A DNA stretch of 64,000 bases from Treponemataceae bacterium. GTDB taxonomy: Bacteria; Spirochaetota; Spirochaetia; Treponematales; Rectinemataceae. A model generated the notes under the pieces. It did not search any database. It saw only the letters and a list, made by a program, of their open reading frames with translations, and had not been told where the DNA came from. The translations under genes were made by a program, and so were the position numbers. This document shows, piece after piece, positions 38,247 to 46,948 of this stretch (position 1 is the stretch's first letter; the number at the start of each line of letters is the position of its first letter). The stretch is from NCBI GenBank assembly GCA_963678065.2, contig CAXXVZ010000003.1, positions 416,001-480,000 on the forward strand. Direction: 5' to 3'.

Positions 38247-39569
38247 TCATTTCTGTGTCCTCAGGGCTTCTGCGGGTTCGAGCCTGGCGGCGTTCCGTGC
38301 AGGGAAGAAGGCCGCGGCCAGAGTCAAAATAGCGATGAGGAGGACGTTGAAGATTGCCCGAAAGGGCGGTACGAAGAATGAGAGATGTCCGTTTTTCATG
38401 ATGAGGAAGATCGGCGAATCCATACCGAAGTTGAACAGGGACAGGATGCCCATGAGGACGAGAGAGAGCGCGATGCCCGCCACGGCCCCGCCGATGGCGA
38501 GGAAGAGAGCTTCGTAGAGGAAAAGCCCCCGTATTTCGCCCCGTTGTACGCCGACCGCCCGCATGGTACCGATCTCCCGGATGCGCTCGTACATGACCAT
38601 CCTGAAGGTGTTGGTGATGCCGACCATGATGATGAAGAAAAGCACGATGAGGATGATGAGACTCGCGGTGTCCAAGGCCGTGACGATCTGCCTGGCCTCA
38701 GACATGATGTCGTCGATGGTGAGGATGCGGTACTTGATGCCCTCCCATTTTTCCTTTTTCTGATTGCGCATCATGGCCTGGAAGGGGGTGACCGCGCCAT
38801 TTTCGTTCTTGGTGCCTCGGTCAAAGAGCTGCAGGCCCGATGTCTTCATATTCTTGTAGAGGGCTTCGGCAGCATTGCCCGACTCCTTGAGGTCGGAGAG
38901 CATGAGTCCCATGCTCATGTACTCGCCCTTCTTGAGGCCGACGAGCTCATTCACGTAGTCGATGTTGGCGTATGCCATGACGGCGCCGATGATGCTGGTG
39001 TCCCTGTTGATCGCGGCGACCGTGAACTCTCCCACGTTGTTCTGTCCTGTCAGGGTCGAGAGCTGCACGAGAAGTCTGTCTCCCGCCTGGGCATTGAGCT
39101 TCTTCGCGATCTTCTCGGAAATGATGATGGCATCCTTCTGCGCGGCGGCATCCCAGTTGCCGGATGCGAGGACGAGTCTCTCTTTCAGAAAGCCCGACGA
39201 GGAGAGGTCGAGGCCTGTGATGTTCTGGCGGGCAGTCTTGGTTTCAAATACGAGTGTGCCCTGGAACTCGCTCGTCCTCGTGATGAACACCGGCTTTATA
39301 CCCGCGTTCTTCAGGGCCGCGCTGATGACGGAGTCGTCGCGGATAACTTCCAGGGACTTGCCCGAGGCGGTTTTCTCGTTTCCAGTCACAAAGACATGGC
39401 CCGCCATCAGATAGGCGAAGTTCTCGGACACGTTGTTGATGAAGGCGCCCGCGAAGCCGTTGATCAGCGTGACGATCATGATGCCGAAGGCTATGGCGCC
39501 TCCGAGCAGGAAAGACCTCTTCTTCTGTCGGGAGAGGTTCCGGAATGCAATATTGGCGATGACGCTCAC
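38247..39569 (-). CDS. MacB/LolE-type ABC permease
   Basis: IAFRNLSRQKKRS, ERIREIGTMRAVG, PARNAARLEPAEALR. Confidence 0.9.
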   Translation of the reverse strand: MSVIANIAFRNLSRQKKRSFLLGGAIAFGIMIVTLINGFAGAFINNVSENFAYLMAGHVFVTGNEKTASGKSLEVIRDDSVISAALKNAGIKPVFITRTSEFQGTLVFETKTARQNITGLDLSSSGFLKERLVLASGNWDAAAQKDAIIISEKIAKKLNAQAGDRLLVQLSTLTGQNNVGEFTVAAINRDTSIIGAVMAYANIDYVNELVGLKKGEYMSMGLMLSDLKESGNAAEALYKNMKTSGLQLFDRGTKNENGAVTPFQAMMRNQKKEKWEGIKYRILTIDDIMSEARQIVTALDTASLIILIVLFFIIMVGITNTFRMVMYERIREIGTMRAVGVQRGEIRGLFLYEALFLAIGGAVAGIALSLVLMGILSLFNFGMDSPIFLIMKNGHLSFFVPPFRAIFNVLLIAILTLAAAFFPARNAARLEPAEALRTQK

Positions 39570-39578
39570 GGCGTTCTC

Positions 39579-41093
39579 CTATTCCGACTGCATGGCGCGC
39601 ACGGGCTGGATCTTGAGCGCGACGGACACGGGGTAGAGGTGGGCGAGGTATCCCACCGCGATGATTCCGGCGAGCGAGCCGAGTATTGTGCCGAGGCTCA
39701 CCGAAGGATTGAGGTATTTGCCACCGAAAAGGACTTCGAGGAAGGGATTGCCCGCCGCGATGTGGAGCGACTTGAGTATCGCGACCGTAGCGACCGAAAG
39801 AAGGACGCCGACAAGGCCGAATACGAGGGAGAGTACAAAGGTTTCGGTGGCGAAAAGCTTGCGCACGAACCCCCTGCCGGCTCCGATCGCGCGCATCGTG
39901 CCGATCTCGCCCGTCCTCTCGATGACCGAGATGACGAGGGTGTTCATGATGATGATGATCGCGACGATGGCGAGGATGATGATCGCGATGTTGAACACTA
40001 TCCGGACGACATCGACCGACTGCCCGTAGGGTCCTGCGGCCTTCTGCCAGTCTCCCGCCTCGGCGTCGATCTTTTCCGACGCGAACCAGGTATTGAGCGC
40101 TCTGGACACTTGTGGTCCGTCGGATGGTTTTTCGGTCCGGATGAGCATGAACTGCCAGGCTCCCAGGTCGACGGCGTTCAGCTTTTCCCGGATGGTTTTG
40201 TCGCCGAGGAGTGTGGCGAGGTTCTTTTCGTCGAAGCCCTTGGAGACTGGAGCCGCGCTTTCGACCATGTTGTCGCCGAAAAGGCTGTCGGTATCCGCCG
40301 TGTCGAGCATGGCCGTCTGGGTTTTCGTGAGAGTGATGTTTTCGTCCGCCCCGACCGTCATGCCTGCGAGAACGCGCAGGGAGTCGATGTCGACGAAGGA
40401 CATCTGCTCGGGAGAAGCGCCGTCCCCCTTCTGCTTGTAGGTGCCGACGATGGTTAGCTCGCGCAGTCTCATGCCGCCGGAGCTGTATCCCTGGATGAGG
40501 ATGGGATCGCCGATCTTGAGCTTCCTGCCCAGTTTTTTGGACAGCGTCTCCATGTGCTTTTCATAGAGAATGAGGCCGGGCTGTCCGGGGGCGAGTCTCT
40601 GGCCGGAGGTAATATCCACGCTGTCGAAGACCTTCCAGTAGTCCTGTGCGTCTATGCCGAACATGAAGAGAAAGCCGGCGCCAGGATCGTCGTCGGAAGA
40701 GCCGTCAGCGGACGCGTCCCGCGCGCTCTCCTCTGCGTCCTTTATCGCCATGCCGAAGCCGGTGGCGAGGCTCGTTACGCCTTTCACCCCCGGCAGTGAA
40801 GCCACTTTGGCGCGGACCTTTTCATAGTCTGGAATGTTGGGGGTCGCGTCGAGGCCACCCACCGACTGCACGCCGAAGAGGGAGACCTTGCCGTTCGGAG
40901 AGGTTCCGGAAATGAAGACGTCCCCGGTGTAAGAGTCGGTGAAGGTGTTTCGTATTCCCGCTGCCGACGCGTCGATGAAAGAATTCCCCACCACGAGGAT
41001 GAGGACACCGAGAGCCAGCAGTATTCCGACGATGAGGCTCTTTGATTTGTGCTCCAGGAGGTTCCTGAAGGCCATTCTTATGATGACGTTCAT
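39579..41093 (-). CDS. MacB/LolC-type ABC permease
   Basis: MAFRNL, ERTGEIGTMRAIGA, YPVSVALKIQPVRAM. Confidence 0.9.
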   Translation of the reverse strand: MNVIIRMAFRNLLEHKSKSLIVGILLALGVLILVVGNSFIDASAAGIRNTFTDSYTGDVFISGTSPNGKVSLFGVQSVGGLDATPNIPDYEKVRAKVASLPGVKGVTSLATGFGMAIKDAEESARDASADGSSDDDPGAGFLFMFGIDAQDYWKVFDSVDITSGQRLAPGQPGLILYEKHMETLSKKLGRKLKIGDPILIQGYSSGGMRLRELTIVGTYKQKGDGASPEQMSFVDIDSLRVLAGMTVGADENITLTKTQTAMLDTADTDSLFGDNMVESAAPVSKGFDEKNLATLLGDKTIREKLNAVDLGAWQFMLIRTEKPSDGPQVSRALNTWFASEKIDAEAGDWQKAAGPYGQSVDVVRIVFNIAIIILAIVAIIIIMNTLVISVIERTGEIGTMRAIGAGRGFVRKLFATETFVLSLVFGLVGVLLSVATVAILKSLHIAAGNPFLEVLFGGKYLNPSVSLGTILGSLAGIIAVGYLAHLYPVSVALKIQPVRAMQSE

Positions 41094-41098
41094 GCCGC

Positions 41099-41836
41099 TC
41101 AGTCCGTCACCGCTCCGGGAGCGGCTTCCTTGCAGGTCTCATCCTCTCCGCAGCGATAGTTCTCCGTTACGAGTCCGTCGCGGAGGCGGATGATGTGGTC
41201 GGCGACTGCGACGATCTTGGCGTCGTGAGTGGAGAAGATGAAGGTCGTTGCGAGTTCGCGGTTGATCTTCTTCATGAGTTCAATGATCTGCTCGCCCGTG
41301 GCCGAGTCGAGGTTGGCTGTCGGTTCGTCGGCGAGGACGATGACGGGCTTGGTCACGAGGGCTCGCGCGATCGCGACGCGCTGGCGCTGGCCTCCCGAAA
41401 GTTCATTCGGCTTGTGGGTTCTCCATTCCGAGAGTCCGACTTCGGCGATGAGCCAGTCGATCCACTCCTTCTTTTCAGCCTTGCTAGTATTGGTCTTCCC
41501 GAGGAGGAGAGGAAATTCGATATTTTCCCAGACATTGAGAACAGGGATGAGGTTGAAAGACTGGAAGATGAAGCCGAGCGTCTGGTGGCGCATCAGCGTC
41601 AGTTCCTTGTCTGAGAGGCCGGAGGTCTTTTTACCGCCGATCATGACATCGCCCGAAGTCGCCTTGTCTATGAGACCGATCATATTGAGGATGGTGGTCT
41701 TTCCGGATCCGGAGGGACCCGCGATCGAGACAAAGTCACCTTTCTCGATTGAGAACGACACGCCTTTGACAGCGTGGACTTCGACCTTTCCGAGAGGGTA
41801 CACTTTTTTGACGTCTTTCAGTTCTATGATGGGCAT
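41099..41836 (-). CDS. LolD/MacB-type ABC ATP-binding protein
   Basis: GPSGSGKTT, GFIFQSFNL, LSGGQRQRVAIARAL, LADEPTANLD, STHD. Confidence 0.95.
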   Translation of the reverse strand: MPIIELKDVKKVYPLGKVEVHAVKGVSFSIEKGDFVSIAGPSGSGKTTILNMIGLIDKATSGDVMIGGKKTSGLSDKELTLMRHQTLGFIFQSFNLIPVLNVWENIEFPLLLGKTNTSKAEKKEWIDWLIAEVGLSEWRTHKPNELSGGQRQRVAIARALVTKPVIVLADEPTANLDSATGEQIIELMKKINRELATTFIFSTHDAKIVAVADHIIRLRDGLVTENYRCGEDETCKEAAPGAVTD

Positions 41837-42107
41837 CGGTAATCCTCCGGGGCATCCCTTGGCAGAAGGAAATCAGTGCGGCCCCCAGAGGGCGCCTCGT
41901 TTCCCCGGTTCCGACTCCGTAGTCCGGTTCCGTATGGGATCCCACAATAATGTGAGAAGATATCGACCTGATGACACTTGTTTCAAGGATATTGATGGAT
42001 TATCAGTCCATTTTTTCATAATCGGAAGGAAAAACGGCCACTGTGTATCTTTTCATTGACCACTGCCTGCGGTATTTGGTAAGAGAGCCTGTACTGAAGG
42101 CGGCATT

Positions 42108-42130
42108 CCCCGGGACAGAGACTGTCCCGG
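42108..42130. repeat. perfect 10-bp hairpin upstream of the GH13 gene
   Basis: CCCGGGACAG-aga-CTGTCCCGGG upstream of the GGAGG RBS. Confidence 0.55.
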
Positions 42131-42152
42131 GCTCACATACGGAGGCTTTTCC

Positions 42153-44105
42153 ATGAAGCATTCGGAGGCTATCCTCGCAACGCTCGTCGGCAAACTCGAG
42201 TTGAGCGCGCTGCCTGATTCCGTCAAGCCTCTCTTCCTCGCCCGACTCGGGGCAAGATTTTCGGCGATAGCTGAAGGTTTCCGCAAGCTCTACGGCGATC
42301 GTGCCGATTTCGAGCTTTGGATGGAGCGTCTCGGGGAAGCCCTTGTCGAAGCGCAGTCACAACGTCCTTCAGACCTCGCCGAGCTTGACTGCGAACGCGA
42401 GGCCGATCCTGCCTGGTTTTTGGACCAACGTTGGGTGGCCACCATGCTCTACGCGGACAGATTCGCCGGCGATCTTTGCGGGGTGGAGGGACGGATTCCC
42501 TACCTGAAAGATCTCGGCGTCAATTATGTCCACGTGATGCCCGTTCTGAAATCGCGCGAAGGCGAGAATGACGGCGGCTATGCCGTCAGCGACTACCGGG
42601 ATGTCGATCCCCGCTTCGGCACGCTCGGCGACCTGACCCGACTTGCGTCGACCCTGCGGCGGGAGAAGATGCTGCTCTGCCTCGATGTCGTCCTCAATCA
42701 CACGGCTGACAGCCACGAGTGGGCGAGGCGCGCGCTCGCCGGCGAGGAAGCGTATCAGAACTTCTATTATATGTACGCCGATAGAGCTGTTCCCGACGAA
42801 TTCGAGAAGACCTTGCCGGAGGTATTCCCCGAGCTCGCTCCGGGAAACTTTACCTGGAAGCCGGAAATTTCCCGGTGGATCATGACGGTCTTCAACCGCT
42901 ATCAGTGGGATCTCAACTACACCAATCCGGCCGTATTCGTCGAGATGCTGCGCATCATCCTCAATCTCGCGAATTTGGGCGTCGATGTACTCAGGCTGGA
43001 CGCCACTCCCTTCCTCTGGAAGCGCATCGGCACATCCTCCCAGAACGAGCCGGAGGCCCACCTCATCCTGCAGACGATGAAGGCCTGCTGCCGCGTCGTC
43101 GCCCCCGGCACCGTCTTCAAGTCCGAGGCGATCGTCCAGCCCGTCGAGATCATCCGCTATCTCGGCGACGCGCAGACGAAGGAATGCGACATCGCCTACA
43201 ACGCTTCCCTCATGGTCTACCTCTGGGACGCCCTCGCGACAAAGAATACGAGGCTCCTCGTCAGGGGACTGGAAAACATTCCACCTATTCCCTCAGGCAC
43301 GACCTGGATCACCTATGTCCGCTGCCACGACGACATCGGACTCGGCTTCTCCGATCTCGACGCCCAGTCCGTCGGATACACCCCGGCGCTGCACCGCCGC
43401 TTCCTCATCGACTACTACACGGGGAAATTCCCCGGTTCGCCCGCGGCGGGACACCCCTTCATGTACAATCCGAAGACGAAGGACGCGCGCATCTCCGGCA
43501 GCTGTGCGAGTCTCTGCGGCCTCGAGAAGGCCCGTGAAAGCGGGGATCCCCTCCTCGTCGAACTCGCGCTGAGGCGAATTCTCCTTCTCTACGGAGTGGT
43601 CTTCTCCTTCGGCGGTATTCCCCTCGTGTATTACGGGGATGAGCTCGCCCTGTGCAACGACCGTTCCTACGAGTCCGATCCCGCGCTGAAGGACGACAAC
43701 CGCTGGATGCACAGACCGGCAATAGACTGGAAGCTCCTCGGGCATCTTGCAAAGAGGAGTTCGGCGGAGTTCAGAATCCGGGAGGGAATCAGGCGCTTCG
43801 CGAGGATCCGGAAAGAATCCTCCGAATTCTCGGGCGGTTCTCCCTACCAGATGATGCGCAACGACAATCAGCACGTATTCAGCTTTCTCAGAGAGAATGA
43901 GGAAACGAAGACTCTCGTTCTGGCAAATTTCTCGGAAGAGGATCAATGGATCGATGCGGGCATCACTCTCCGGGCGGGCTTCACGGGACCTCTCGCGGAC
44001 AGACTGAGCGGCGTCGCGCCGGTTGTCAGGGACAATGCCATACGTATCCCGGCGCTGAGCTGCCTCTGGCTTTCCGATGCCGGCCGGACAGGGGTACCGG
44101 AGTAG
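42153..44105 (+). CDS. amylosucrase/sucrose hydrolase-like GH13 enzyme
   Basis: NDGGYAVSDY, DVVLNHT, QWDLNY, LRLDATPFLWK, SEAIV, YVRCHDDIG, DNRWMHRP. Confidence 0.85.
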   Translation: MKHSEAILATLVGKLELSALPDSVKPLFLARLGARFSAIAEGFRKLYGDRADFELWMERLGEALVEAQSQRPSDLAELDCEREADPAWFLDQRWVATMLYADRFAGDLCGVEGRIPYLKDLGVNYVHVMPVLKSREGENDGGYAVSDYRDVDPRFGTLGDLTRLASTLRREKMLLCLDVVLNHTADSHEWARRALAGEEAYQNFYYMYADRAVPDEFEKTLPEVFPELAPGNFTWKPEISRWIMTVFNRYQWDLNYTNPAVFVEMLRIILNLANLGVDVLRLDATPFLWKRIGTSSQNEPEAHLILQTMKACCRVVAPGTVFKSEAIVQPVEIIRYLGDAQTKECDIAYNASLMVYLWDALATKNTRLLVRGLENIPPIPSGTTWITYVRCHDDIGLGFSDLDAQSVGYTPALHRRFLIDYYTGKFPGSPAAGHPFMYNPKTKDARISGSCASLCGLEKARESGDPLLVELALRRILLLYGVVFSFGGIPLVYYGDELALCNDRSYESDPALKDDNRWMHRPAIDWKLLGHLAKRSSAEFRIREGIRRFARIRKESSEFSGGSPYQMMRNDNQHVFSFLRENEETKTLVLANFSEEDQWIDAGITLRAGFTGPLADRLSGVAPVVRDNAIRIPALSCLWLSDAGRTGVPE

Positions 44106-44173
44106 CGACAGAGTTTGTCCCCTTGTGTCGATCCGGCCGGATGCGGCGGCGGGCCGCCGGGATTCTCTCTGGC

Positions 44174-45448
44174 TCAGAGCCCTTCGGTCTGAGTCTGCCC
44201 CCTCGGCCCGGCCTCGTGCGCCGCGATGATCTCGGTGACAAGCTCTGCGAGCCGCTTGATGCCTTCTTCGATCTGGGCGAGGCTGGAATATGAGAAGTTG
44301 ATCCTCATGGCATTGAACTCGGGATTGTCGAAGTAGAAGGCCGAACCCGTGACGTAGGCTACCTTCTTTTCGATGGCTTTGGGGAGAAGCTCGTCCGTGT
44401 TGATGTAGCGGGGCAGGGAAATCCAGAGGAAGAGCCCCCCTTCGGGTTTAGTCCATCTGAGGTCCCACCGCTTCGGCATGTATTTTTCCAGCATCTCCAC
44501 CATGTAGTTGCGCTTTTCCCGGTAGATCCTGCGGGTGTTGGCTATGACCGCATCGAGTCTTCCTGTAGCCATGTATTCTGCGAGCCATCTCTGAGCGAAG
44601 ACATTGGTGCAGAGGTCCATGGCCTGCTTCGCTATCACGAGTCTCGCGATGATGGGAGGACTCGCCATGATCCAGCCGATGCGGGTTCCCGGAGCGAGGA
44701 TTTTCGAGAAGGTCTTCAGGTTGATGACGTTTCCCTGGTTCGCTCCGTTCGTATCGAGTGAATAAATGGAGGGAATATGTTCGCCGAGGAAACGGATTTC
44801 GCGGTAGGGGGAATCCTCGACTATGAGAAGATTGTTCCTGCAGGCAAAATCGAGGATGGCCTTCCGCTTTTCGAGGCTCCAGCAGATTCCGGAGGGGTTC
44901 TGGAAATCGGGAATGAGATAGATGTATTTGATCCGCTTCCCGTCACGCGCGGCGCGCTCGTAGCGTTTTTCCAGCTCGGTCATGTCGAATCCGTCGTTCT
45001 CCGGGCTGAAGGGAATGCCGAGGACCTTCCCCCGGTATGACTGGATCGCCTGGATAGCCCCCACATAAGTCGGCCTTCCCGCGATCACATAGTCCCCCGG
45101 ATCGAGGAAGAGTTTGGGTATCATGTCGAGCGCCTGCTGGCTTGCGGAGACGATGAGGAGGTTGTCCGGCGCTATAGAGACTCCCTGGCGCGCTTCGAAC
45201 TTGATTATTTCGCGCTTCAGGTCGGGCTCTCCTTCGGTAGTGCCGTACTGGAGTGCCGCTGCCGCGTGTTTTTCAAAGACACGATCCGCGGCTTTTCTGA
45301 GATCCTCGACGGGGAAGGTCTCAGGCGCGGGAAGCCCTCCTGCAAACGAGATGATGTCCGGCTGCTGCGTCAGCTTGAGAAGTTCGCGGATGACTGATTT
45401 TTTCATATTGCGCGCATTCAGGGAATAGAGGGACTCTGGGTCGTACAT
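44174..45448 (-). CDS. PLP-dependent class I aminotransferase (LysN/ARO8-like)
   Basis: IISFAGGLP, LQYG.TEG, FQNPSG, EDSPY, TFSKILAPGTRIGW, PEGGLFLW. Confidence 0.9.
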   Translation of the reverse strand: MYDPESLYSLNARNMKKSVIRELLKLTQQPDIISFAGGLPAPETFPVEDLRKAADRVFEKHAAAALQYGTTEGEPDLKREIIKFEARQGVSIAPDNLLIVSASQQALDMIPKLFLDPGDYVIAGRPTYVGAIQAIQSYRGKVLGIPFSPENDGFDMTELEKRYERAARDGKRIKYIYLIPDFQNPSGICWSLEKRKAILDFACRNNLLIVEDSPYREIRFLGEHIPSIYSLDTNGANQGNVINLKTFSKILAPGTRIGWIMASPPIIARLVIAKQAMDLCTNVFAQRWLAEYMATGRLDAVIANTRRIYREKRNYMVEMLEKYMPKRWDLRWTKPEGGLFLWISLPRYINTDELLPKAIEKKVAYVTGSAFYFDNPEFNAMRINFSYSSLAQIEEGIKRLAELVTEIIAAHEAGPRGQTQTEGL

Positions 45449-45498
45449 CGGTGACTCCTCATATCCATACCGGAGGGGCGTTTTGCCTGTCCGGGCTG

Positions 45499-45550
45499 TG
45501 GATTATCCATGGTTCTCTGGAATTCTATACTCCGTCGATGCATCCGTAAA
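45499..45550 (-). promoter_or_regulatory. aminotransferase promoter with downstream palindrome
   Basis: TTTACG-N17-TAGAAT (45550-45522); TGGAT-t-ATCCA at 45499-45509. Confidence 0.5.
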
Positions 45551-45653
45551 GTGGATAGAAGCTGAAAATGTCAAAAAATGATGCGGTGTTTTAAAAATTG
45601 AAATGGGCGCTGAGCATCGATGCCCGATCCGCCGATCCATCCACCACCCTGCC

Positions 45654-45682
45654 TTGCGCGAGACATCGTTTCACACTAGACT
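45654..45682 (+). promoter_or_regulatory. sigma70-like promoter of ychF
   Basis: TTGCGC-N17-TAGACT. Confidence 0.55.
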
Positions 45683-45712
45683 TAGTCAATAATTCCCTTC
45701 AACGAGGTTGCC

Positions 45713-46822
45713 ATGCCACTCAACTGCGGCATCGTCGGCTTGCCCAATGTCGGCAAGTCCACAATATTCTCAGCCCTCACAAGCGCCAGGGCCGAGGCTG
45801 CCAACTATCCCTTCTGCACCATCGACCCGAATGTCGGCATCGTTTCCGTTCCCGACGCCCGCCTTTTCCGGCTTTCCGACATGTTCAAGCCGAAGAAAAC
45901 CATCCCCGCCATCGTCGAGTTCGTCGACATAGCGGGACTCGTAAAGGGCGCATCCCAGGGCGAAGGGCTCGGGAACCAGTTCCTCTCCCACATCCGCGAG
46001 ACAGGCATGATCGCCCACGTCGTGCGCTGTTTCGACGATCCTGACATCATCCATGTCGCCAACAGGGTGAGCCCCGCCGACGATATCGAAGTCATCCATA
46101 CCGAGCTTGCGCTCGCCGACCTTGAGACTCTGGACAAGAGGGCGGACAAGCTGACCAAGCAACTCAAGGTCCAGGATCCGCTCCTCAAGAAAGAGACCGA
46201 GAAGGAGCTTGCAGCGCTCGCGAAAATCCGTCCCGCTCTCCAGGAAGGTAAGGCTGCCCGTTCCGCCGGACTCGAGGCCGACGAGATCGAGGCTGTTCGC
46301 AAATCCTTCCTTATAACCATGAAGCGCGAGATTTACGTGTGCAACACCGACGAGGCAGGCGCGACTTCGGGCAACGCCTACATCGATATAGTCCGCGCCA
46401 GAGCGGCCGCCGAGGGTTCCGAGGCTGTTGTCATCTGCGGGAAATTCGAGGCAGAACTCGCCGACCTCGGCAGTGAGGAGGAGAAGAAAGAGTTCCTCGA
46501 GGAGCTCGGGCTGGCGGAATCGGGGCTCTCCTCGCTCATCCACGCGGCCTATCGCCTTCTCGGCCTGCGCACCTTCTTCACGGCAGGAGCCGATGAATGC
46601 CGCGCCTGGACTATCAGGTCGGGCGATAAGGCCCCCGCCGCGGCCGGCGTCATACACACGGATTTTGAGCGCGGCTTCATCAAGGCCGAAGTTTACCACT
46701 ATGACGACCTCATGGCCCTTGGTTCGGAAGCGGCTGTCAAGGCGGCTGGAAAACTCAGGCAGGAAGGGCGGGAGTATATCGTCGAGGACGGCGATGTCAT
46801 GTTCTTCAAGTTCAACGTCTAG
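45713..46822 (+). CDS. ychF: redox-regulated ATPase YchF
   Basis: GIVGLPNVGKST, ANYPFCTIDPN, DIAGLVKGASQGEGLGNQFL, IHTDFERGFI, FKFNV. Confidence 0.97.
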   Translation: MPLNCGIVGLPNVGKSTIFSALTSARAEAANYPFCTIDPNVGIVSVPDARLFRLSDMFKPKKTIPAIVEFVDIAGLVKGASQGEGLGNQFLSHIRETGMIAHVVRCFDDPDIIHVANRVSPADDIEVIHTELALADLETLDKRADKLTKQLKVQDPLLKKETEKELAALAKIRPALQEGKAARSAGLEADEIEAVRKSFLITMKREIYVCNTDEAGATSGNAYIDIVRARAAAEGSEAVVICGKFEAELADLGSEEEKKEFLEELGLAESGLSSLIHAAYRLLGLRTFFTAGADECRAWTIRSGDKAPAAAGVIHTDFERGFIKAEVYHYDDLMALGSEAAVKAAGKLRQEGREYIVEDGDVMFFKFNV

Positions 46823-46908
46823 TGCGGGCCGGCATTCAGCCATGTCACAGGCAGGCGGATGACACACAAAAAAAACGAACCGCTATACGGAATTTAAGCA
46901 TTATGCGC

Positions 46909-46937
46909 TTGTCGGAAACTCGATGCTTCGGTATGCT
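46909..46937 (+). promoter_or_regulatory. sigma70-like promoter of uvrA (very short leader)
   Basis: TTGTCG-N17-TATGCT, 11 nt before ATG 46949. Confidence 0.55.
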
Positions 46938-46948
46938 TTCAGGAAATC

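Noticed and set aside
38385..40457. 690-aa antisense ORF; likewise 403-1731, 5077-6306, 34591-35871 and 45770-46867
   Set aside because: Same high-GC shadow-ORF artefact
41850..41945. Possible c-di-AMP (ydaO) riboswitch: TACGGAG..GGAACCG on the minus strand and a CCGGTTCCG direct repeat
   Set aside because: The 3' conserved ydaO elements are absent; only a 9-bp repeat remains
46876..46889. LexA-like box CGAAC-cgct-ATACG upstream of uvrA
   Set aside because: Two mismatches to GAAC-N4-GTTC, and the LexA motif of this lineage is unknown to me
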